A stretch of 64,000 nt of DNA from a virus. Of the stretch, positions 36,404 to 44,756 are shown one piece after another. The stretch is taken from IMG/VR virus record IMGVR_UViG_3300012189_000001, positions 5,110 to 69,109 of that record. One strand, given 5' to 3'. A program made the translations under genes and the position numbers. Positions within the stretch are counted from its first letter, which is position 1. Each line of letters begins with the position of its first letter. The notes under the pieces are model-generated. The model had not been told where the DNA came from and ran no database searches. It was given only the letters and a program-made list of their open reading frames with translations.

Positions 36404-36604
36404 ATGACGAGCAGTGACCAGATTCTCTACAGCGGAATTGGGGCTTTGGCAGGGGCCCTCGCCTTGCTCTATCGACGGCTCGAAGCCGCGATGAAAACAT
36501 GCGAAGACGATAGACGTTCTCTGTGGCAGGCAGTGGTGACCCTACAAGTGAAAGACTGTAACAAAGCAAATTGCCCCAATCACAGCCCTTCACTTGGTGT
36601 GTAA
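36404..36604 (+). CDS. Small single-TM protein, possibly holin-like
   Basis: ILYSGIGALAGALALLY followed by a coiled coil; AGGT RBS. Confidence 0.5.
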   Translation: MTSSDQILYSGIGALAGALALLYRRLEAAMKTCEDDRRSLWQAVVTLQVKDCNKANCPNHSPSLGV

Positions 36605-36803
36605 TAGCTAATGAAATGTCGAAAACCGCATGGTATCTGGGGGCGCGTTTTCGTCAGCAAAATGCTTGCGCATTGCCCCCATCCTCTCGTTCCACTCGAT
36701 GAGATGCTGTCCGCTATCGAGATACAGCTCTGCCCATCGCTCGATATCCCCGACAACTGTTGTTCTCTCGGGCTGCATCACCGCCTGCAAAAACGTGTAG
36801 TTT

Positions 36804-36899
36804 TTAAAATTTGCCACGGGTGGGTACCCCGCGCAATGCGTAGACAAGCATAGTCACATAAAACGTAATGCCAACCGTGATAACAAGCACATCAATCAT
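36804..36899 (-). CDS. 31-aa TM micropeptide
   Basis: GGAGG RBS; MIDVLVITVGITFYVTMLVYALRGVPTRGKF. Confidence 0.5.
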   Translation of the reverse strand: MIDVLVITVGITFYVTMLVYALRGVPTRGKF

Positions 36900-36978
36900 T
36901 TTTACCTCCAAAACACCACCACACTGCCAAGCACACTAACGAAACAGCAAGCATCACATATATTCCAACATCAATCAT
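36892..36978 (-). CDS. 28-aa TM micropeptide
   Basis: MIDVGIYVMLAVSLVCLAVWWCFGGKND; ATGA-coupled. Confidence 0.5.
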   Translation of the reverse strand: MIDVGIYVMLAVSLVCLAVWWCFGGKND

Positions 36979-37172
36979 TTGCAACCCCCAAATACTGCCA
37001 TTAAACCTATGACGATAATACACCCCACAATGACCGCAAATTGCGTGGTCCATGACCAATCAACACCTAGCGGTCCCGGTGTCAGAAGAACACTCCAATC
37101 ATTATCATTGAGCACATGGGGAGGTGTATCCAACTTATTCTGCGCCGCTTCAAACCTTTTTTTACGAGACAT
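36975..37172 (-). CDS. Small protein with a C-terminal TM helix
   Basis: FAVIVGCIIVIGLMAVFGGCK. Confidence 0.55.
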   Translation of the reverse strand: MSRKKRFEAAQNKLDTPPHVLNDNDWSVLLTPGPLGVDWSWTTQFAVIVGCIIVIGLMAVFGGCK

Positions 37173-37464
37173 TTTTACCCCCTTCTTCGATATCCCACGC
37201 ATACAGCAGGCGCAGATAATTCATGACATCGACATACCGGCCCTTCATATCCTCCCGCAACGACACACCTTTCTCAATAGAGATAAGATGTTTCGTAAGA
37301 AATATGAGGATGACATGACGCACAGACAGCCCACACAATGTGGCAATTTTACGAAAATTCTCAAAGCGGTCTCCCTTCGATGCATATTCCTGCTGTGCAA
37401 GAGCAAGAACGGCATACCCCGTTGTATCTAAATCCTTCCATAACTCCGTATAGTCCAACGGCAT
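37162..37464 (-). CDS. All-alpha nucleotide-modification-associated protein (DUF1599/DUF6378-like, MazG-fold-like)
   Basis: EYASKGDRFENF...TKH...EDMKGRYVDVMNY pattern; near dcd. Confidence 0.55.
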   Translation of the reverse strand: MPLDYTELWKDLDTTGYAVLALAQQEYASKGDRFENFRKIATLCGLSVRHVILIFLTKHLISIEKGVSLREDMKGRYVDVMNYLRLLYAWDIEEGGKNVS

Positions 37465-37473
37465 ACATATCTC

Positions 37474-37824
37474 CTACTGACAGCGATCACACGCCACTTC
37501 TTGGATTGTTATTTGCTTCTCACAACCATACGTCTTTGCATAGGCCAAAGCGAATGCGACCATAAACCGCGTCATTGGGTGCCAGAAGCTCACTTTCTCA
37601 ATGACAGGCTCTCGACACCAGGCCACCTCATGTGTTGGACACCAAAGCATCACACCAGGCGTAACAGTGCGATCTTCCAAAGGAGTTTCAAGAGCTTTGT
37701 CGATGGACCATCCAAGTTTTACCAAACGAAACCACAACGTTTTTTGGTCACATCCTTTTCGACGTGCCCACGCAGTCATAGAGAGCTTTTCACCCTGATA
37801 CGTGTAATATGTACACTTTGGCAC
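37474..37824 (-). CDS. DNA-binding protein resembling a homing-endonuclease C-terminal module, plus Cys/His motifs
   Basis: YQGEKLSMTAWARRKG...RLVKLGWSIDKAL; CPTH and CDRC. Confidence 0.55.
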   Translation of the reverse strand: MPKCTYYTYQGEKLSMTAWARRKGCDQKTLWFRLVKLGWSIDKALETPLEDRTVTPGVMLWCPTHEVAWCREPVIEKVSFWHPMTRFMVAFALAYAKTYGCEKQITIQEVACDRCQ

Positions 37825-37838
37825 AATATCAGTCCCCT

Positions 37839-38402
37839 CTACGCTTGTGCAAGAGTGATGTCTTGTTGTCCCTGATATTTGCCTTTCTTATCTGCGTAAC
37901 TCACATTACAGATACTGGTCGCGGTGTGAAAAGTGAGCTGTGCAATACCCTCATTTGCGTAAATCAGCACGTCATTTTTGCCCGTATTGCTGATTTCCAG
38001 CGTTAAATACCCTTCCCATTCGGGCTCCAGTGGTGTGACATTGACAACAACGCCACATCGGGCATAGGTAGACTTCCCCGTGCATATCCCCATAATGTCA
38101 CGCGGAATCTTGAAGTACTCAATACTACGTGCCAGCACAAAGCTATTAGCACTCAGCACAAATATGGGTAACGAGAACTTCATAAACTGCCGCTCATTCG
38201 GATACTTCGGATCAATAGACATCGGATGTGCAATAGGCATCATAAACTCTTCACTAAGCCGGATATCGTACCCATAACTACTAAGCCCGTAGCTAATAAG
38301 CGGCTTTGCTCCCTGTTTACGAACTTGGAAACCGACAAACGGATCAATCATATTGTGAAAAGTGACTCGATGGATGATATCTTGATCTGAAAGTACGCTC
38401 AC
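37839..38402 (-). CDS. dcd: dCTP deaminase
   Basis: ISYGLSSYGYDIRL, GKSTYARCG, NVTPLEPEWEGYLTLEISN, YANEGIAQL, SYADKKGKYQGQ. Confidence 0.95.
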   Translation of the reverse strand: MSVLSDQDIIHRVTFHNMIDPFVGFQVRKQGAKPLISYGLSSYGYDIRLSEEFMMPIAHPMSIDPKYPNERQFMKFSLPIFVLSANSFVLARSIEYFKIPRDIMGICTGKSTYARCGVVVNVTPLEPEWEGYLTLEISNTGKNDVLIYANEGIAQLTFHTATSICNVSYADKKGKYQGQQDITLAQA

Positions 38403-38569
38403 TCTTCTTCCCCTTCTTCGTCGTTTTCATAGAGCCAATCGCCACACGCCAGGCAGTCACCGATCTCTCTGCTCTCACTTACGCATTGCTCACACATCAG
38501 ACACTCACAATAAAACGCCCTCACAGATACACCCCTTTTTCCACAGTGCTCACACGAATCAAGTGTCAT
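38399..38569 (-). CDS. Small Cys-rich zinc-finger protein
   Basis: CEHC, CEC, CEQC, CLAC. Confidence 0.55.
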   Translation of the reverse strand: MTLDSCEHCGKRGVSVRAFYCECLMCEQCVSESREIGDCLACGDWLYENDEEGEEE

Positions 38570-38948
38570 TGCGCACCTTCCAAGCAGGGAAGTCCTCAAT
38601 TAAATCTAGTAAGTTGTGAAAAACTGGCATACCTAAGGAACGCGCCAGTTCCATTTCTTTTTCCACACCCTTACTATAACCCGGCAGCACAAGTAAGGCA
38701 TCACAAGCACGCAAAAAATGGCAATCAAGCTCGTACCAATACTCTGGTAAAACTTCCGGCATGATAACCTCATTGTGAGCACTATGCACATGCGGAGCGA
38801 AAAATCCGTACCCAAGTCTCGCCAACGCAGCACTCACTTCGTGCACACGGGTGATATTGGCCTGAATTTTGAAGTAACTCGCCGCGTCGTGGGTGTACTC
38901 ACCCACATACGGGCCAGAGATGAACACATAGTGACGTCGTTGTGCCAT
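38559..38948 (-). CDS. Nucleoside 2-deoxyribosyltransferase-like protein (DUF1937/DUF4406-like)
   Basis: FISGPY...FAPH...LRACDALLVLPGYSKGVEKEMELARSLGMPVF. Confidence 0.75.
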   Translation of the reverse strand: MAQRRHYVFISGPYVGEYTHDAASYFKIQANITRVHEVSAALARLGYGFFAPHVHSAHNEVIMPEVLPEYWYELDCHFLRACDALLVLPGYSKGVEKEMELARSLGMPVFHNLLDLIEDFPAWKVRNDT

Positions 38949-40414
38949 TAGAGTAATCCTATCTTATGAGCCATATCTGCCAGTGTGACGCTGGCGAGCT
39001 GAAACTGATACCGACTCTCTGTCTCGGGTGTTGCATCTCGGGCATTAATCGGATATCGAAAGGATACCCCACGCTTTGGATGTACACCAAAGAACAATTG
39101 CTCAGGTTCACTCCCTTGTTGAAGCACATCTAAACTGTACTCGTCTGGACCTTTAAGGCTTCCTGTCATGAGCAGCTCGCCGCCGCTTTTGGGGAACATA
39201 CCAACCTGGTGAAAATGTCCAATACCAAGGTACTTAAAATACTCCCCTCTCTGTGCGTGCATCGTGGTAAAGTTTGCATTCATTCGATACATCCCGTAAA
39301 ACGGTATTTGATTCCACGCCTTCAGATTATCTCCATGGAGAAACACAAATGGCACCTCATTGATCACCTGGCGTACCCAGTAGGCGGGAGGAATCGTCAT
39401 CGTAAAGTTTGCAATGTTTGCACACAACAAACCCACTGTCTCATAGGTCATACGGTCGAAGCTGTCCTCCGTCTTCAGTTTGTGCATAGGCTTCTTACGA
39501 TTGCGCCCATGATTGCCAGGTAAACCCACCATTTCAACACATTCAAAGTTCGCGGCCAGGTCTCGAATACCCAAAGCAAGCAAATAAGCAGCAGACAGAG
39601 TTTGAGTAATAACAGGTCGTTCATTGGTTATTGACAACTCCTCATGTATATCACCAGAAACATTATCACCCAGATTAATAACCCAGAGCTTCCTAATTCG
39701 TTCGCCGCGATGATGATCACGCACCAGGTCAATAACGCTATCAACAACACTTTGAAAACGCGCTTGAGCAACGGCCATATTATACTCACCAAAGCCGTTC
39801 GTTTCTGCTGCACTCACAACCTCCCCCATGTGCAAACAACACAACATAAGGACTGCTTCTTGTTCGTGTTTATTCTCGACAATTTTGAACGTATGAGGCT
39901 CTGGCGGAGGAGGAAATGCGCTGGCTACTTCACGCACTGTCTCACGCACAAGCTCAGTGACCGTCGATTGTTTTTGCACTTCCTTCCACTTGCGCTCTGT
40001 AGCGTTCAGCGTTGCTCGTAAATTCGCCACCACCTGTTCTTGCGTATCGCTCGATTTTCGAGATTCCAGTTCGTCAATGCGCTTTTGCAAACATTGCAAA
40101 GTGTCATCAGCCACATTTACCGTTTTAGCACCTAGCAGTCTGATATCTGGATTTTTAATCCAACGCTTGTAGCGCTTTCGTACTGCGTCACCCGTAAAAT
40201 GCGTATTAAAATCCTTATTGAGACAGCGGGCTATGTGCGAATACGTCAGAAATGGCGAAGGCATTGACTCAAAGTAGATTTTTAACGCTCGAATAAGAAC
40301 TTCTGTGTCATCAGTCACGCAATCTCCTGATTCATGTAGTGTCGAATTGCTGTATGGTAATTTTCTAGTGTCACATATTTCCTCAACACCGTCTGAATGT
40401 CTGACATATGCCAC
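38948..40414 (-). CDS. Calcineurin-like metallophosphoesterase with N-terminal HTH/coiled coil (start uncertain)
   Basis: CLHMGE, LGDNVSGDIH, PGNHGR, HGD, GHFH. Confidence 0.8.
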   Translation of the reverse strand: MAYVRHSDGVEEICDTRKLPYSNSTLHESGDCVTDDTEVLIRALKIYFESMPSPFLTYSHIARCLNKDFNTHFTGDAVRKRYKRWIKNPDIRLLGAKTVNVADDTLQCLQKRIDELESRKSSDTQEQVVANLRATLNATERKWKEVQKQSTVTELVRETVREVASAFPPPPEPHTFKIVENKHEQEAVLMLCCLHMGEVVSAAETNGFGEYNMAVAQARFQSVVDSVIDLVRDHHRGERIRKLWVINLGDNVSGDIHEELSITNERPVITQTLSAAYLLALGIRDLAANFECVEMVGLPGNHGRNRKKPMHKLKTEDSFDRMTYETVGLLCANIANFTMTIPPAYWVRQVINEVPFVFLHGDNLKAWNQIPFYGMYRMNANFTTMHAQRGEYFKYLGIGHFHQVGMFPKSGGELLMTGSLKGPDEYSLDVLQQGSEPEQLFFGVHPKRGVSFRYPINARDATPETESRYQFQLASVTLADMAHKIGLL

Positions 40415-40635
40415 ACAGCTTTCAACTTATTTGATTTCGGCATAACCCCCCATGCCTCATAAAAGAGTTTGCCTAATAGAAGCAATGAATCATCTGTAAA
40501 GATAATTCTCCCTCCTTTAGACCCGTTAGAAGGCACAAGGCTGTGGTACGCAACTATCAGTGCAGCCATTGCGGCACTATTGATCGGTTTTCTTGGGGCC
40601 CTTATGTGATACTTTTTTTGTGCTTTTGTGGTCAT
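40315..40635 (-). CDS. Hypothetical protein
   Basis: 106 aa; ATGA-coupled. Confidence 0.5.
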   Translation of the reverse strand: MTTKAQKKYHIRAPRKPINSAAMAALIVAYHSLVPSNGSKGGRIIFTDDSLLLLGKLFYEAWGVMPKSNKLKAVWHMSDIQTVLRKYVTLENYHTAIRHYMNQEIA

Positions 40636-40829
40636 TCTGCTATCACCATTTGATAAAATGAGCCGTTAAGGTCAAAAACCCATTTTACATAAAAACCCAA
40701 ATAACCACCCACAAGACCGTCACCAGTTTCCGCCTCAATTCGCATAAATATCCGTCCAACTTTTATCTCGGCTGTAAAAGGGATTTTTAGCGTGGTTAAC
40801 AAACCATGAACCATCTCTAAATCAGTCAT
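40632..40829 (-). CDS. Hypothetical protein
   Basis: Coupled to the RNR stop (TAATG). Confidence 0.55.
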   Translation of the reverse strand: MTDLEMVHGLLTTLKIPFTAEIKVGRIFMRIEAETGDGLVGGYLGFYVKWVFDLNGSFYQMVIAE

Positions 40830-43468
40830 TATGAGCACCCCGTTGTTGTGCCACAACTACCACAGACCCAGCAGGAACCGTTGCGCTGCGTCAGTCCAAA
40901 GCATTGCGGACATGCAGGCCCCACAACTTTACCGTCTATATACACTTGACCCCCTCCAACTGCGTACTCCTGGTGCTGTAACTCCGCAAGTTTGGTTTCA
41001 AATAATGCAGTAACAAACTTCTGCTCTAACCACTGAGCAATGTAATCCGTCAAAGAGCTAGCAGTGTGGATCTCTTTGTTTGTGGTAAATCCGTGCGGTT
41101 CATACCGTGTGTGGCGCAATTTCGCTATCAACACCTCCAGAGGCACACCGTATTGAAGTGCCATAGACACCATTGAAGCAAAAGCATCCATAAGCCCGCT
41201 GAGTGTGGACCCTTCTTTCGCCATAGTGACAAACACTTCCCCAGGACTTCCGTTGGGGTAAAACCCAACGGTCAGGTACCCTTCGGTTCCCCCCACTGAG
41301 AACTTATGTGTGAGAGAGTTGCGCTCATCGGGCAATGACTTCCTCTGTGGTATTGCAAGTGGGCGATGGGCATTTAAGGCATCTAGCCCCTTCTTTATTG
41401 CCCGTGAGGGATTTGCTTCTGCAACTGCCGTATTTGAAAGTATTGGCGTTAACTTACGTAACTCCGTATCGTCTACTGGGACCTCGACATCGTGTTCAAC
41501 ATATGCCAGGGTGCCAGAGAACATCGCGTGACCAATGGCGTCATGTTCAACATATGAGTCTGTTCGCGTTTCGTGAACATCTTTCAATTTCTTAACGGTC
41601 ACCGGCTGTTCTCCCTTGCAACCATCTCGATAGACAGCAATTGACTTCAAACCGAGTTCCCAGGCCATGACATAGGCGTCCTTGATATCGTCAACGGTCG
41701 AGTCTGCGGGCATATTAATGGTCTTCGACACGGCTCCTGACAAAAAAGGCTGTACCGCAGCTACCATCTTTACATGCGCCTGCCATGGCAGGGCATTCTC
41801 ACCCAATGCACATTGGGAATTATCGGTAACTGCCTCGTTTGTAACGTGGATATTTCCGCCACCAACCAGTTGTTTCGTTGTCGAAACACCAAGATACGGT
41901 TCAATGCCCGTCGTTTCACAATCCATCATAAAACTGATTGTCCCACATGGTGCGAGCAGCGTTACCTGTGCATTGCGATATCCGCCGCCCTTTCCAACAT
42001 TCATTGCTGCCCGCAAAGACTCCGCAGCCGAAATAGCGAGTGCGTGCGTAAGAGCGTCAGACCAAAAAAAGATTGGTTTTGCGTCATAATGCGCTTTCAA
42101 AACACCCCACATAGGGTCGCTATTTACTTCGTAACCACCAAAATGCCCCTTTATGACCGCAATACGCCCACTTTGTATGTACGCCTCTCCCGTCATGAGT
42201 GCCGTAATGGCTGCTGCCACGTTACGCCCAGCATCAGAATCGTAGGCAATCCCTTTCTCCATGAGCAAGCCGCCAAGATTGCCGTATCCCAACCCCAGGG
42301 GCCGGAAACTTTTTGCTATGTGTGCAATCTTTTCAGTGGGATAACTTGAACGATCAACAAGAATATCCTGTGCTGTAATGAGTATATCAACAACATGCTT
42401 GAATACCGCGACATCAAAATCTCCATCTTTGCGGCGGAACTTCATCAAATTGATTGACGCCAGATTGCATGCCGCGTTATCCAAAAATACGAACTCTGAA
42501 CATGGATTGCTCGTAGTAATTGGGCCACTATTGGGGCACGTATGCCAGCGATTAATCGTATCAATGAATTGCAAACCGGGATCACCGCACAGCCAGGCCG
42601 CATTAGCAATGTCATTCAATAACCACTCACTATCGGGAGCTTGCATAAATACGTCTGTTACGGCTACGGAATTGTTGGAATTTTGGAATGCAACTGATGT
42701 CAGGGCCTCGCCCTCAATTCCACCACTGTATCCAGCAGCTCTGAGTACTGCCGCTTTTTCTTCTTCGTTTACTTTGCAACGAATGAAATCACGAATCTCA
42801 GGATGGTCTATATTCAGAATGCGCATACAGGCCGCTCTGCGCGTCGTACCACCGCTTTTAATAGCCCCGGCATTGGCATCAGCGACCTTCATGAATGACA
42901 GCACACCGCTGGCCGTACCGCCGCCAGAAAGGGGAGAACCCTTCGCTCTAATATTTGAGAGATTAATTCCAGCACCTGAGCCCCCTTTAAAAATCATCCC
43001 CTCTTCCTTGTACCAGTCGAGAATAGATTCCATCGTATCATCAACAGCCAACAGAAAGCATGCGGATGTTTGGGGAATCGCCTGCACGCCAACATTGAAC
43101 CACACCGGGGAATTGAATGATGCATATTGATGCAGCAGAATGTGAATAAGCTCATCATAAAATATGAGGCCGTTTTCAGCATCAAAATACCCGTCTTGAA
43201 CTCCCCACTGGTAAATAGTGTGTGCAACGCGATTAATTATCTGCGCAACAGAAGATTCTCGTACCCCGTCAACAATACGAAAATACTTCGACGCAACAAT
43301 TGTTGACGCTCGTTGTGACCATGACCGTGGAAAAATCGTGTCTTTTGCCTCAAAAACAGTTTTGCCTTCAGTATCAGTAATACAAATATTTCGATTTCCC
43401 CATCGAACACTTGTAAACGGACTAAACCCTGCAGACGTGAAATACCTATCCCATTGCAGCAACGCCAT
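40829..43468 (-). CDS. nrdJ: Class II (adenosylcobalamin-dependent) ribonucleotide reductase with TSCPD domain and zinc ribbon
   Basis: FNSPVWFN, QTSACF, KSGGTTRRAA, SNPCSEF, ACNLASIN, APCGTISFMM, SGAVSKTINMP, C-terminal CGTTTGCS. Confidence 0.95.
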   Translation of the reverse strand: MALLQWDRYFTSAGFSPFTSVRWGNRNICITDTEGKTVFEAKDTIFPRSWSQRASTIVASKYFRIVDGVRESSVAQIINRVAHTIYQWGVQDGYFDAENGLIFYDELIHILLHQYASFNSPVWFNVGVQAIPQTSACFLLAVDDTMESILDWYKEEGMIFKGGSGAGINLSNIRAKGSPLSGGGTASGVLSFMKVADANAGAIKSGGTTRRAACMRILNIDHPEIRDFIRCKVNEEEKAAVLRAAGYSGGIEGEALTSVAFQNSNNSVAVTDVFMQAPDSEWLLNDIANAAWLCGDPGLQFIDTINRWHTCPNSGPITTSNPCSEFVFLDNAACNLASINLMKFRRKDGDFDVAVFKHVVDILITAQDILVDRSSYPTEKIAHIAKSFRPLGLGYGNLGGLLMEKGIAYDSDAGRNVAAAITALMTGEAYIQSGRIAVIKGHFGGYEVNSDPMWGVLKAHYDAKPIFFWSDALTHALAISAAESLRAAMNVGKGGGYRNAQVTLLAPCGTISFMMDCETTGIEPYLGVSTTKQLVGGGNIHVTNEAVTDNSQCALGENALPWQAHVKMVAAVQPFLSGAVSKTINMPADSTVDDIKDAYVMAWELGLKSIAVYRDGCKGEQPVTVKKLKDVHETRTDSYVEHDAIGHAMFSGTLAYVEHDVEVPVDDTELRKLTPILSNTAVAEANPSRAIKKGLDALNAHRPLAIPQRKSLPDERNSLTHKFSVGGTEGYLTVGFYPNGSPGEVFVTMAKEGSTLSGLMDAFASMVSMALQYGVPLEVLIAKLRHTRYEPHGFTTNKEIHTASSLTDYIAQWLEQKFVTALFETKLAELQHQEYAVGGGQVYIDGKVVGPACPQCFGLTQRNGSCWVCGSCGTTTGCS

Positions 43469-43556
43469 ACGCCATCCTTTGTGTGTGGAAACGCGAGAGG
43501 AGAGAGCAAAAGTATAGCATTTTTGCCCCTCTCCTGCTCATAACACTTTTTAATAG

Positions 43557-43775
43557 CTAGTGCTTCTCTCGCGGCATTTCATGCGTCAAAAGAATAGGTG
43601 TTTGCGGCTGCATTATTTGCTTAAATGCCTCAATAATCGCCGCCCCTTGTGCCTGAACAAGCAATTGCGCGACACTTGGCCAACCTCCATCAATGTCAGT
43701 ATGCTTAATCTGTAAAGTCGTCTGACCAGTTATGAGACTGGTTTCAAGGCTAATGGTAATGACAGGATTAGGCAT
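43557..43775 (-). CDS. Hypothetical protein
   Basis: GAGG RBS; MPNPVITISL. Confidence 0.5.
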   Translation of the reverse strand: MPNPVITISLETSLITGQTTLQIKHTDIDGGWPSVAQLLVQAQGAAIIEAFKQIMQPQTPILLTHEMPREKH

Positions 43776-44061
43776 TGAGTTCTTCCTCTTTCCACAATTC
43801 GAGTTGATGTTCCGACGCCACAAAAATAGGCCCGTTGGATTCACATTTTCCTGTGTCTGTGACATCCCATCTCTGCACATGAAAATATTTTGTGTAGCCC
43901 AGGGTAACCCATGAAAACGACAAATTCGCCTTAAGTACACGATATGGCTGCGTTGCCCACTGTTGTGGTGTCTGCGTTTCCCCATAAGATGGGAGATAAC
44001 GCACTTTTGTCCCAGGGAAAAACTGAAAGGTCTTTTCTGTTTCCGCGTCACTTATCTGCAT
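43768..44061 (-). CDS. Hypothetical protein
   Basis: 97 aa, overlapping its neighbours. Confidence 0.5.
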   Translation of the reverse strand: MQISDAETEKTFQFFPGTKVRYLPSYGETQTPQQWATQPYRVLKANLSFSWVTLGYTKYFHVQRWDVTDTGKCESNGPIFVASEHQLELWKEEELNA

Positions 44062-44398
44062 ATCTCAACTTCCTTTCTATCCAAATACCAGGATAAAAGT
44101 CACGCGCTATTTGACGAATCCGCTCTCGGGACAGTCCGTATCCACGACCAATGAATGCATAGGAATACCCATTGCGCAAAAACTCTTCAAGATCGTACAG
44201 CGCAGTCTCGCCGTACTTCGCCGCAAAATGACGCTCAAATTTTTTTGCCCGTGGGATACCCAGAGCTTTGTGCCATGCTCCAACTGTAACCTCAGAAACG
44301 CCAAGTGTAGTCGCAATTTCTTTCCCAGTGAGTTGTTTCTCAGTGGTGAGGTGTCGTAAGCTCTGTTCGATAAGAGCTTTATCAGTACGTAAACGCAT
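44048..44398 (-). CDS. Double-HTH protein with a sigma70 region-4-like motif
   Basis: LTGKEIATTLGVSEVTV and IGRGYGLSRERIRQI. Confidence 0.7.
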   Translation of the reverse strand: MRLRTDKALIEQSLRHLTTEKQLTGKEIATTLGVSEVTVGAWHKALGIPRAKKFERHFAAKYGETALYDLEEFLRNGYSYAFIGRGYGLSRERIRQIARDFYPGIWIERKLRYADK

Positions 44399-44399
44399 C

Positions 44400-44756
44400 T
44401 TAGACCGCCTCTTCGATGATAGATATCCGCGATACCTTGCCAACTGTATGAAAACTCTTATGCAGAATCGCAGCAATTTTTCGCAAAGACAAACCTGTTT
44501 GTCTCAAATCGCGCACTTGTTCGATCAACGCTCTTGAAAAGTGTGTCATGCCAATTTCCCCATTTGCATATTGCACACGTAAATGGCCATTTCCATACAT
44601 AATTTCATGAACCACCAGGGGTTCTTCGGGAATGCGATTTGCCCACTCATGGCATGCAGGACACACCCTCAGCGTGGGACTGCATGTGCAGGGTTCACGT
44701 TCAACAGTCTTTTCACCACTGTTTCGAACTCTTCTCTCGCTGGTAATATTTTCCAT
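44400..44756 (-). CDS. Zinc-finger plus HTH protein
   Basis: CTC...CPAC and GLSLRKIAAILHKSFHTV. Confidence 0.6.
   Translation of the reverse strand: MENITSERRVRNSGEKTVEREPCTCSPTLRVCPACHEWANRIPEEPLVVHEIMYGNGHLRVQYANGEIGMTHFSRALIEQVRDLRQTGLSLRKIAAILHKSFHTVGKVSRISIIEEAV

Noticed and set aside
40829-43468. Intein in NrdJ (or in PolA or the helicases)
   Set aside because: Lengths are normal and no C...HN-C/S/T splice motifs or LAGLIDADG blocks were seen; only a short YVEHD duplication in a linker.
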